Positions 7,933-14,973 of a stretch of 32,000 nucleotides of DNA are shown piece after piece. Made by a program: the position numbers and the translations under genes. The stretch lies in NCBI GenBank assembly GCA_016205145.1, contig JACQJH010000002.1, forward strand, positions 450,001-482,000, read 5' to 3'. The notes beneath the pieces were generated by a model, which saw nothing but the letters and a program-made list of their open reading frames with translations, was not told the origin of the DNA and searched no databases. Numbering within the stretch: the stretch's first letter is position 1; each line of letters opens with the position of its first letter. The DNA comes from Candidatus Iainarchaeum sp. (GTDB lineage Archaea; Iainarchaeota; Iainarchaeia; Iainarchaeales; JACQJH01).

Positions 7933-9175
7933 AAGCCAGCTTTTTTTCATATGCCCGCTGGACAAAGCTTATGGCGCCGTCAATGTCGTTTTCCTCAAGC
8001 AGCCTGAAAAGCTGCCTCACATCGATGCCCTTGTCAAAGCCGGCTTCCTCAAGGTTTTTTTCCAGGAGGTCCAAGCCGAGCGCGGAAACAGATTTTTTTT
8101 CCAGCTGGTTTTTGCGCAGTTCCTCGATTCTTGACCTGAACGATGCCAATGCAAAGTCCCTGTCGACCGAAAAAATCGCCTTTGCCTCGAACCCTTTCAA
8201 TGCGTTTTCAACCGCAACGTCTGAAACCGAAATGCCTTTGGCAAGCGTGCCGGCAAGCTTGATCCTCACAAGGGGCTTGTCCGCAAAGTCTTGGGAAAAG
8301 ATTTTTTCCAAGCCGGCACGGACGGCGGAAACAACCTGTTCGGGCCGGGCGTTCTCGAAAGAAATCTTCTCGTAAAAGAATTTTCTCTGGTCCGGCAGGG
8401 GCACTGAAGAAATCGCCTTTGTTTTGGTGTCAAAGACGAAAACCTGCTTCGGCTTTTCGCTTTCAAGCTTTTTCATCTGCGTGATTATTATCGAACCGGG
8501 AATGAGGAACCTGAAGCCCTGCTCTTCATGCCAATGGTTCCAGTGTATGTGGCCGTTGACCACAAGGTCAAAGCCCTTTTTCAGGTCGGCAAAGGAAAGG
8601 GTTGCAATGTCATCGGATTCGAACGGCAGGAGTTCCGCAACGGACTGGTGCATGACAAGAATGTTTGTTTTCCCATTTTCCGGCTGCGGGTTCCACAATG
8701 CAAAGACATCCCTCGCCTTCCTGTCCGGCACGGAGCCTATGCAGTGCAGCACTGTTTCCTCGCCGCCTTTCGACGCGAGGATTTTCGACGCATGGCTTAC
8801 GGACAGAAGGCCTGCCGCCTCAAGCAGTTCCAGGGCGCTTTTCCTGTCCTTGCCCCTGAACTCGTGGTTTCCGAAAATCGCGATTACCGGAATGCCCTGC
8901 GAGTGAATGGTTCTGCTGCCGCCGTTTTTTTCAATGGAAAGCGAGACTCCGGTTGAAGGGAATTCCTTTGCAAGCGAAAAAACCTTCATCGCCCCGAAAA
9001 TTGTTTCAGGCGAAGGAAGCTCGGAATCGAAAATGTCGCCCGGCACGACAATCAAGTCAACGCCCTGTTCCGCAAGAATGCGCAGGGCATTGCCTGCCTG
9101 CCGGAATGTTTCCTGGAAGCGCTCGGTTTTTTCGCCGAAACCGAAATGCGTGTCGGAAAAAAAGCCGATTTTCAT
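7931..9175 (-). CDS. mre11: Mre11-type DNA repair nuclease (calcineurin-like metallophosphoesterase)
   Basis: Phosphoesterase motifs DTHFG, GDIFD, GNHE and GHIH, with archaeal Mre11 length. The ATG at 9175 (MKIGFF) overlaps the HAD gene stop as TGATG. The track start at 9184 is a GTG. Confidence 0.8.
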   Translation of the reverse strand: MKIGFFSDTHFGFGEKTERFQETFRQAGNALRILAEQGVDLIVVPGDIFDSELPSPETIFGAMKVFSLAKEFPSTGVSLSIEKNGGSRTIHSQGIPVIAIFGNHEFRGKDRKSALELLEAAGLLSVSHASKILASKGGEETVLHCIGSVPDRKARDVFALWNPQPENGKTNILVMHQSVAELLPFESDDIATLSFADLKKGFDLVVNGHIHWNHWHEEQGFRFLIPGSIIITQMKKLESEKPKQVFVFDTKTKAISSVPLPDQRKFFYEKISFENARPEQVVSAVRAGLEKIFSQDFADKPLVRIKLAGTLAKGISVSDVAVENALKGFEAKAIFSVDRDFALASFRSRIEELRKNQLEKKSVSALGLDLLEKNLEEAGFDKGIDVRQLFRLLEENDIDGAISFVQRAYEKKLA

Positions 9176-9837
9176 CACAGCCACCCGTTCTTCAGCAGGA
9201 AATTCGGAAGGGAAGAAACGCCGGGCAACATCTTGTCTTTGCCTAGCCCCGCCTTAACAAAGTCTTTTTTCCCGGCAAAGCCTGAAAGCACTGCGACAAA
9301 CTGCATGTTGTTGCCTTTTGCGGCAAGGTAGTCTATGGCGAGGTCGCCGACGTAAAGCGTTTCCTCTGCGGAAACGCCTTTTTCCCTTAACAATTTGAGC
9401 GGCTGTTCGAAAACCTTTGGGTCAGGCTTGTGCACATTGGTGTCATCGGCCGCGAAAACAAAATCGAATAAGTCCAACCTGAAGCCGTTCTGTTTCGAGC
9501 GCGGGGCAATCGACTGCCTGTCACGCGAAGTCACTATGCCCGCGAACAGCTTTTTCCGCTTTGCAAAAGCGATTGCCTCGTTTGCCCCTTCATGTAAAGG
9601 ATATTCGTCACCCTCGAATTCCCGGATGTAGGCTTCGCGGTACGATTCGAACGGCTGGCCCGGCCACAGGGTCGCGACCTCCCGCTCCCATGTCATGCCC
9701 CAGATTGACCTGAATTCCTCTTTTTCCGGAACGCGCAAGCCGAGCTTTTTCGCCATTATGACGTGCCGCTCGTACGAGACGTGGCACGTTTTCCACAGCG
9801 TGTCGTCCAGGTCGAAGATCACTGCTTTCAGCTTCAT
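9175..9837 (-). CDS. HAD-superfamily hydrolase (subfamily IA-like)
   Basis: Motif I FDLDDTLW, motif II VTSR, and motif III/IV K...YVGDLAIDY. Confidence 0.85.
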   Translation of the reverse strand: MKLKAVIFDLDDTLWKTCHVSYERHVIMAKKLGLRVPEKEEFRSIWGMTWEREVATLWPGQPFESYREAYIREFEGDEYPLHEGANEAIAFAKRKKLFAGIVTSRDRQSIAPRSKQNGFRLDLFDFVFAADDTNVHKPDPKVFEQPLKLLREKGVSAEETLYVGDLAIDYLAAKGNNMQFVAVLSGFAGKKDFVKAGLGKDKMLPGVSSLPNFLLKNGWL

Positions 9838-9890
9838 TGCCCCACCAACTTAAAGAATTTGCCGCGAAAAGCCTTAAAAAAACATGGCGG

Positions 9891-9902
9891 GAGAAAATAA
9901 AG
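9891..9902 (+). promoter_or_regulatory. TATA-like box (GAGAAAATAAAG) upstream of the tRNA-Cys transcription unit
   Basis: Its centre is about 26 nt upstream of 9924, where the conserved leader element begins. Confidence 0.35.
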
Positions 9903-9923
9903 ACGTACGGTGCAAACCGTCCG

Positions 9924-9988
9924 AAAGCAGATGGGTATCGAGCAAAAGCGAGATACCCGTCGTCGCTTCACGCAGCCGAAACTGCGTG
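9924..9988 (+). repeat. copy 1 of a two-hairpin structured element (in the 5' leader of tRNA-Cys)
   Basis: Hairpin A spans 9933-9958 (GGGTATC/GATACCC, extended through tandem G.A pairs to a GC stem with an AAAA loop). Hairpin B spans 9969-9988 (CACGCAG-CCGAAA-CTGCGTG). A 15-nt 5' block and a 35-nt 3' block (1 mismatch) are shared with 30489-30548. Confidence 0.6.
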
Positions 9989-10003
9989 CGGGCGAATCGG
10001 CTT

Positions 10004-10161
10004 GCGGGTGTGGCGGAACGGCTACGCAGCCGCCTGCAGCTAAGCTTTTCTTTCTTTTTGGAAAAAAGAAAGAAAACCTTAAGGCCACCAAAAGAAAGAA
10101 AAAAAGCTTTGGTGCCATTAGCAGCGAGCGGCGCAACGGGGTTCGACTCCCCGCATCCGCT
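10004..10161 (+). tRNA. tRNA-Cys (GCA) with an 87-nt intron at the canonical 37/38 position
   Basis: Hand-folded. Acceptor GCGGGTG/CATCCGC has one G-U pair. The D arm is GCGG-AACGGCT-ACGC. The anticodon stem is GCCGC/GCGGC, and the spliced anticodon loop is CTGCAGA. The variable loop is GCAA. The T arm is CGGGG-TTCGACT-CCCCG. The discriminator is U73, a Cys identity element. No CCA is encoded. The mature length is 71 nt. Confidence 0.78.
10040..10126 (+). other. tRNA-Cys intron with a bulge-helix-bulge splice motif
   Basis: The central 4-bp helix pairs 10034-10037 with 10121-10124. It is flanked by 3-nt bulges AGC (10038-10040) and CGA (10125-10127). The interior holds a 14-bp A/U hairpin (10046-10059 with 10062-10075) and a second hairpin. 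Confidence 0.65.
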
Positions 10162-10162
10162 A

Positions 10163-10189
10163 AGCCCATCGAACAAAGTGAGATGGGCT
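10163..10189 (+). terminator. 8-bp hairpin (AGCCCATC-N11-GATGGGCT) directly after tRNA-Cys
   Basis: The stem is perfect and starts 2 nt after the discriminator base. T-rich tracts follow further downstream. Confidence 0.3.
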
Positions 10190-10277
10190 TTGCAGTGAAA
10201 ATTTTGATAAAACTTTTTCCAAAAGTTTTGCTCCCGCATCCGTTTTTTGGAATAAAAAAGCGGTAAGGCAACAGGCT

Positions 10278-10661
10278 TTATTGCCTGCTGCCCATCATGC
10301 CGAAGCCATAGCCGCTTCCGGTGGAGTTACCCATCATCCCGAAACCGTCGCCGTTTCCGGCAGAGTTGCCCATCATCCCGCCGCGGAAGCCCGCTGCGTT
10401 ATGGCAGGGCATCTCATTCCAGTGCTCCTGCATCTCTTCCTGCATTGCGTCAAAAAACTTCTGGTCTGACCAGTTTTCCTTGACTGCTTTTTCCCTTATG
10501 TCGGATATGTCATTCATGTGCTGGAACATTCCTTCAAACCAGCCATTGCCTGCTTCAGATTTTTGCGCGGATTGCGCACTGTTGGCCTGGGCAAGGGAAA
10601 AGCCCGCCATCAGCACTACCAAGAAAGCCACTGCCAAAGCAGCCAGCAAAATTTTCCTCAT
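10278..10661 (-). CDS. small secreted or membrane-anchored protein with a Gly/Met-rich C-terminal repeat
   Basis: The ATG at 10661 is preceded by GGAGGT with a 7-nt spacer. The N-terminal signal/TM segment is MRKILLAALAVAFLVVLMAGFSLAQA. The C-terminus carries GGMMGNSAGNGDGFGMMGNSTGSGYGFGMMG repeats. Confidence 0.6.
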   Translation of the reverse strand: MRKILLAALAVAFLVVLMAGFSLAQANSAQSAQKSEAGNGWFEGMFQHMNDISDIREKAVKENWSDQKFFDAMQEEMQEHWNEMPCHNAAGFRGGMMGNSAGNGDGFGMMGNSTGSGYGFGMMGSRQ

Positions 10662-10668
10662 TCGTAAA

Positions 10669-10674
10669 ACCTCC
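10669..10674 (-). promoter_or_regulatory. Shine-Dalgarno sequence GGAGGT
   Basis: Lies 7 nt upstream of the ATG at 10661 and sits within a possible AAAACC/GGTTTT hairpin. Confidence 0.5.
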
Positions 10675-10804
10675 AAGGTTTTTGGCAAAAAAACGAATTG
10701 CCTTGAATCGGCGAAAAACGCCAAACCAAGAACAGGCTTTTTTGCCATAAGACTTATTGCACGCGGAGGTTATTGTGGGTTGCCGGTTAAACCGTTCAGA
10801 ACCG

Positions 10805-10812
10805 AAAAAAAA
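10805..10812 (-). terminator. oligo-T (T8) terminator after the wHTH gene
   Basis: A T8 run on the minus strand lies 12 nt after the stop codon (10824-10826). This is the typical archaeal termination signal. Confidence 0.45.
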
Positions 10813-10823
10813 CAGCGGCAGGG

Positions 10824-11378
10824 CTATTGGGCGTTTTTGCGTTTTTTTTCCAGGAAAACCTTGTACGTTTTTCCGGTGCGTTCCCTTTGGACAAGGTTTT
10901 TCCGGTCAAGGTTTGAAAGGATTGTGGAAATTTTTGCCTTGCTCCAGCCGAGCCTGAAGCGCAGTGAATCCTGGGTTATTTCGCCGGCTTTTTCCACTTC
11001 ATCCAAAACCTTTTTTTCGCCACCATTCAGTGCCTTTTTCAGGATTTCAAGTTCCTGCTCTTTTGAAATTTTCGCCTTGCGTTCCGGCGCAGGCTTTTTC
11101 CCCGCATTCGGGCCTTGCATTTCAGGTGATTCCATTATGCCGGGACCGATCTTCAGGTAATGCGCGATCGCGAATGCCGCGAGAATTGCCGCCAGGATTG
11201 AAACGGCGTTCAGCAGAACCGTGTTCTGGCCGAATGAAACAGACTGCTGCATCATTCCAATCATTGTCTGCTGCTGTGCGGATGGAAACAAAAAAGCGCT
11301 TGAAACAAAGAACACGGAAACGTATGCCACGACCGCTACTGCGGCTACGGCAAAGAGCTTGGAAAGCTTTGAAACCAT
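10824..11378 (-). CDS. membrane-anchored winged-helix (MarR/ArsR-like) DNA-binding protein
   Basis: Two N-terminal TM helices and a lysine-rich linker precede the wHTH (KKVLDEVEKAGEITQDSLRFRLGWSKAKISTILSNLDRKNLVQRERTGKTYKVFL). Confidence 0.7.
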   Translation of the reverse strand: MVSKLSKLFAVAAVAVVAYVSVFFVSSAFLFPSAQQQTMIGMMQQSVSFGQNTVLLNAVSILAAILAAFAIAHYLKIGPGIMESPEMQGPNAGKKPAPERKAKISKEQELEILKKALNGGEKKVLDEVEKAGEITQDSLRFRLGWSKAKISTILSNLDRKNLVQRERTGKTYKVFLEKKRKNAQ

Positions 11379-11396
11379 AAAAGACTCTTGATTAGT

Positions 11397-11410
11397 CCTT
11401 TTTATTAGTT
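11397..11410 (-). promoter_or_regulatory. TATA-like box (AACTAATAAAAAGG on the minus strand)
   Basis: Centred about 26 nt upstream of the ATG at 11378. Confidence 0.35.
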
Positions 11411-11441
11411 TTTGCTTTCGGCGGGATGTGCGGCAAAAGAA

Positions 11442-12560
11442 TCAGGTATTCCCGGCAAGCTTTTCCCACAGCTCGTTTTCGATTGCAAGGCCTTTTCCTG
11501 ACAGGTTTTCTTTTTCCTGCGGGTCGTTTTCAAGGTCGAACAGTTCGCGTTTTTTCAGAGTCGAATTGTAGATGAGTTTCCATTTGCCGGTGCGGATTGA
11601 TTTCACGTTCGGCGCTTTCGGCGAAGGGGTTGGCCCGCCGAGGCCGCCGGTTTCGGAAAACGCAATGCGGTCGCCTTTTTCCCTGCCTTCAACCAATGGC
11701 AGCAGGCTTTCGCCGTCCATTTTTTCAAAGCCGCTTTTTGCGGAAATGCCCAAATATTCGAGAACCGTGGGCATCAGGTCAATCAGGCGCACCTGCGAAG
11801 GGATTTTTTTTGCAGGAAACCTATTGTCGGGCGAAATGAAAAGCATGAACGTCCTGAGCGTGTAGTCATAGCAGAAACTGCCGTAAACTTTTTCCCCGAC
11901 CCTGTCGCCGAGGCCGATGCCGTGGTCGGAGAAAAAAATTATGAGCGAGTTCTTGTCCAGGCCTTTCCGCCGGATGAGCGCCCACATTTCCCTTATGTAA
12001 GCGTCGCAGTCTTTCAGGTACTCGTCGTATTGCCTGACGTTCTTTTCCTTGTTTTCGAACAGCTCGGGTGAAAAGTCATCGAACTTTTTCATGACGTTTT
12101 TAGTGAGAATCTGCCTGATTTCGTCGAACTGGTAGAAAACGAAAAAAGGCTGTTTCGCGTCCGCAAGCCGTTCAAGCATCTGCAAATGCGCGGCTTTCTG
12201 CTTTGCGTCCTTTTCGTAGTCGTGCACCACTGCATTGTCGAATCCCTGGAAGGGCATTATCAGCTTGTTCGCTATTTCGGCTTCTGTGCGGTAGCCTTTT
12301 TCTTTCAGGTATTGCGCTAACGTGAAAACCCTGTCTTTCCTGAATTGCAGGGTGCCGAAATAGTTGTCGACTCCGTTTTTCCTGCCGTTCATGCCGGAAA
12401 GCACTGCATGCATTGAAGGAATGGTTGAAGGCGAATAGGTTATTGAGTTGCCGAAATACGTTCCATTCTGCGCGAGCTTTTTGAATTCAGGCAGAAGCTC
12501 GGTGCGCTCAAGCCTGACACCGTCAAGCAGGATGAGGATTACATTTGGTTTTTCTTGCAT
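11442..12560 (-). CDS. sulfatase-fold (alkaline phosphatase superfamily) hydrolase/transferase, probably not a true sulfatase
   Basis: Contains NVILILLDGVR, FFSDHGIGLGD and IDLMPTVLEYLGI. The nucleophile region reads YSPSTIPSMHAVLSG, so the C/S-x-P-x-R formylglycine motif lacks its Arg. The ATG at 12560 is preferred. Confidence 0.82.
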   Translation of the reverse strand: MQEKPNVILILLDGVRLERTELLPEFKKLAQNGTYFGNSITYSPSTIPSMHAVLSGMNGRKNGVDNYFGTLQFRKDRVFTLAQYLKEKGYRTEAEIANKLIMPFQGFDNAVVHDYEKDAKQKAAHLQMLERLADAKQPFFVFYQFDEIRQILTKNVMKKFDDFSPELFENKEKNVRQYDEYLKDCDAYIREMWALIRRKGLDKNSLIIFFSDHGIGLGDRVGEKVYGSFCYDYTLRTFMLFISPDNRFPAKKIPSQVRLIDLMPTVLEYLGISAKSGFEKMDGESLLPLVEGREKGDRIAFSETGGLGGPTPSPKAPNVKSIRTGKWKLIYNSTLKKRELFDLENDPQEKENLSGKGLAIENELWEKLAGNT

Positions 12561-12653
12561 GCGAACCAACAAAAATTAAGCAAAAAAAGATTTAAAGCGC
12601 ACTATGGCATTTGCGCGCGGGCAGGATTTGGCGGCAACATGTCCGCATTGCCA

Positions 12654-14264
12654 TCAGACCGCGTACCCCATTTTTCTCAGCTCTTCCCAGACTTCCTCTT
12701 CCTCCTTGCTTGAAGCCTTCTTTTCGGATTTGCCGGGCTTGAACTGGTCGGCGCCGATGTTGGCTTTTTTCACGGGATTCGAGGCGAGCCATTCCTCCGA
12801 AAACACGTCCAGGACCTTTCCCTGGAAATAGGTCGGAATCGCAAGGCCCATGCAGTAAAGTGCTGTCGGTGCGATGTCCATGTTTTTGAAATCCGCCTTG
12901 AAGCCTTTTTTCACGCCTTTTCCGCGGATGATGAAAATGCCCTTGTTGGAATGGTTTGCTGTCCACCTGATTTTGGTGGAAAAGCATTTGCCGAGGCTTT
13001 TGCCTTCAACCGAAACTTCGCCGCACAGGAAGTCTTCCTTGATAGAGGCCTCGCAGTCGGGCAGGCCGGGTTCAAGTTCGGCTATTATGTCCGGCGCGCC
13101 TTTGCCCGGATTGGGGTTTTCGCGCACCGAGGAAAATATTTTCTGGCCTGTGGCGGGGAAAACCGCGCTTTCAAGCAGGGGGATTATTTTTTTCTTTTCC
13201 TGCGCGAAATCCTTTTGGCTTACAATGCCGTGCTCTTCCCTTCCGGCAAGGTTTATTGAAACGCCGCAAACGCCATTCTCGAAATCGTTCTTGAAATACG
13301 CTTTCGTTTTCTGCCAGTCTATTTCCTGGTTGACATGCACCACGGGATTATAGTCCGGCGGGAAAAAGTCCAGAAGGCCGAGTTTCTGCAAAAAGATGTT
13401 CCAGCGAAAAAAGAGACTTGGCCGGATTTTTGAGTAAGCGTGGAAATCGCTCCTGCCGAAACCATGGTCGGACAGGACAATGATTGTGGTGTTTTCTCCC
13501 GCGCCTTTCAGGATTTCGCCCAAAAAGTTGTCCAATGCAATGTAGGCCGCGGGAATTTTGTCCACAAATTTTTCCGCTTCCTGCTTTGAAACCCCGAAAA
13601 ATTGCGGCTCGAAATGCTTCCAGTGGTTGTGCTGTATCACGTTCGCGGACTGCCAGCAGACGCCGAAAAAATCCCATTCATCGGCCTTGAAAAAATGCCT
13701 GACAATGGGGGGAAGGGGAAAGTCCTGCTCGTCAAGGCCTTCAGGAAACCTTTTTTTTAGCAGGCCGCGCAAAAATTTTCCCTTGGCAGTGAAAACCGCC
13801 TGCCTGATTTTCAGGGCAAGGCCTTCCTTTGGATGGACTATGACTTTCCTGCCGGGAACGTAGGCTATGCCCGGCACAACCGTCGACCCGAGCTTTTCGT
13901 TGACGGGCCAGGTGTAAGGCCAGTTGATTACGACCGCATTGCGTCCGTTTCCCTCGACGATTTCCCAAAGCGTGTTTGTGTTCACGTTCTTGCTGTTGTA
14001 AAGGGTTTCGTTCCCTTCCTCGTCCTTGCCTCCGAAATCGGATATTCCGTGGATTTCCTTGGGCACGCCCGTAGCAAGGGTTGTCCAGGCGACGGGTGAA
14101 AGCACGGGATCCGGGCAGAAAAGGTTGCCTGAAGCTCCCTCCACAATCATGCGCCGGAAATTTTGAAGCGTTCCCTGTTCAATGAGCGGCGAGATTATTT
14201 TCCATGTGGCGCCGTCGATGCCGAAAATCAGCACCCTTTTTTTTGCGAAATTCTTTTCTGGCAT
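12654..14264 (-). CDS. type I phosphodiesterase / nucleotide pyrophosphatase family (alkaline phosphatase superfamily) protein
   Basis: Contains VLIFGIDGATW, the nucleophile region PVLSPVAWTTLATGVPKEIHGI, and VLSDHGF. The ATG at 14264 is preferred over the TTG at 14300. Confidence 0.82.
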   Translation of the reverse strand: MPEKNFAKKRVLIFGIDGATWKIISPLIEQGTLQNFRRMIVEGASGNLFCPDPVLSPVAWTTLATGVPKEIHGISDFGGKDEEGNETLYNSKNVNTNTLWEIVEGNGRNAVVINWPYTWPVNEKLGSTVVPGIAYVPGRKVIVHPKEGLALKIRQAVFTAKGKFLRGLLKKRFPEGLDEQDFPLPPIVRHFFKADEWDFFGVCWQSANVIQHNHWKHFEPQFFGVSKQEAEKFVDKIPAAYIALDNFLGEILKGAGENTTIIVLSDHGFGRSDFHAYSKIRPSLFFRWNIFLQKLGLLDFFPPDYNPVVHVNQEIDWQKTKAYFKNDFENGVCGVSINLAGREEHGIVSQKDFAQEKKKIIPLLESAVFPATGQKIFSSVRENPNPGKGAPDIIAELEPGLPDCEASIKEDFLCGEVSVEGKSLGKCFSTKIRWTANHSNKGIFIIRGKGVKKGFKADFKNMDIAPTALYCMGLAIPTYFQGKVLDVFSEEWLASNPVKKANIGADQFKPGKSEKKASSKEEEEVWEELRKMGYAV

Positions 14265-14310
14265 TTCAACCAACAACAAGGCAATACATAGAAATTTCAA
14301 ATTCTTTTAA

Positions 14311-14973
14311 TCATTTGCTTTCCGGCCGGCGGTTTTTTTCAACCAGCATTATGGCGAGGTGCTTCAGGAGGGGGTGGATTACGAAAAACGTTTCGCCTTT
14401 TTGCGTGTCCTGCGGGGTTTCCGCGAAAAAGCCTTTTTCGGCAAAGCCCTTCACCGCCTGCACCAGAGTTTCGGCCCTAGCGTGATTGTCGAAGAAATTG
14501 TCGATGTCGGTTGTCTGCGGCAGGCCGAAGCTTTTGCGGCAGACGATGTTGCCCTTGTCGATTCCGTCAGCGAGGAAGAAGGCTGTTGCGCTCACGTCGC
14601 TTTCGGCGATGATGCTGTAATAGAAGCACGTGCTTCCCCTGAAATCCGGCAGCCTTCCCGGATGGACGTGCAGGAATTTTTTTCCGCTGGAAAGCATTTC
14701 CTTGCGTAGAATGCCTCCGCCGGAAAAGATGAAAAAATCCTGGCTTGCGAGTTTCACTGCTTCAACGGTTCCGGGCGAGTTGACGTCATGCGATGGCACT
14801 TCAAAGAAGGGGATTTTGAGTTTTTCAAGCAGTGCCTTTTCTTCCGCGTTGCTTCCTGCCTTTGCCTGCAACAGGACCGCAAATTCCGGCAGGAGTTTGT
14901 TCGCGGCAAGCGCGTTCAGGTAGGCTTTTGCCCTCGGCCCGGGAAAGACGAGAATTGCGAGGTTTTTCACCAA
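14311..14973 (-). CDS. formyltransferase-fold (Formyl_trans_N-like) protein
   Basis: HVHPGRLPDFRG aligns with the HPSLLPxxRG loop, and GIDKGNIV aligns with the DxGxDTGxI loop. The Asn normally two residues before the His is itself His here. The gene overlaps its upstream neighbour by 7 nt. Confidence 0.68.
   Translation of the reverse strand: MVKNLAILVFPGPRAKAYLNALAANKLLPEFAVLLQAKAGSNAEEKALLEKLKIPFFEVPSHDVNSPGTVEAVKLASQDFFIFSGGGILRKEMLSSGKKFLHVHPGRLPDFRGSTCFYYSIIAESDVSATAFFLADGIDKGNIVCRKSFGLPQTTDIDNFFDNHARAETLVQAVKGFAEKGFFAETPQDTQKGETFFVIHPLLKHLAIMLVEKNRRPESK

Noticed and set aside
9834-10271. Several 100-145-aa ORFs on both strands across the tRNA-Cys locus.
   Set aside because: The region is explained by the tRNA, its intron and structured flanks. 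The ORFs consist of poly-K/F translations of A/T runs.
10321-11160. A 279-aa plus-strand ORF.
   Set aside because: It runs antisense across two well-supported minus-strand genes and their intergenic spacer. Its composition is Ser/Phe/Pro-rich and low in complexity, and it has no recognisable motifs.
11442-12560. A true arylsulfatase.
   Set aside because: The formylglycine-generating C/S-x-P-x-R motif is degenerate (SPST, no Arg), so I call it only a sulfatase-fold AP-superfamily enzyme.
12583-12600. The plus-strand AAAAAAAGATTTAAAGCG might be a promoter driving an antisense transcript or the 75-aa ORF at 12604-12831.
   Set aside because: The ORF start is only about 10 nt from the box, and the ORF is antisense to the 3' end of the NPP-family gene with no coding signal. 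The box is better explained as the TATA element of the minus-strand sulfatase-fold gene (ATG at 12560).
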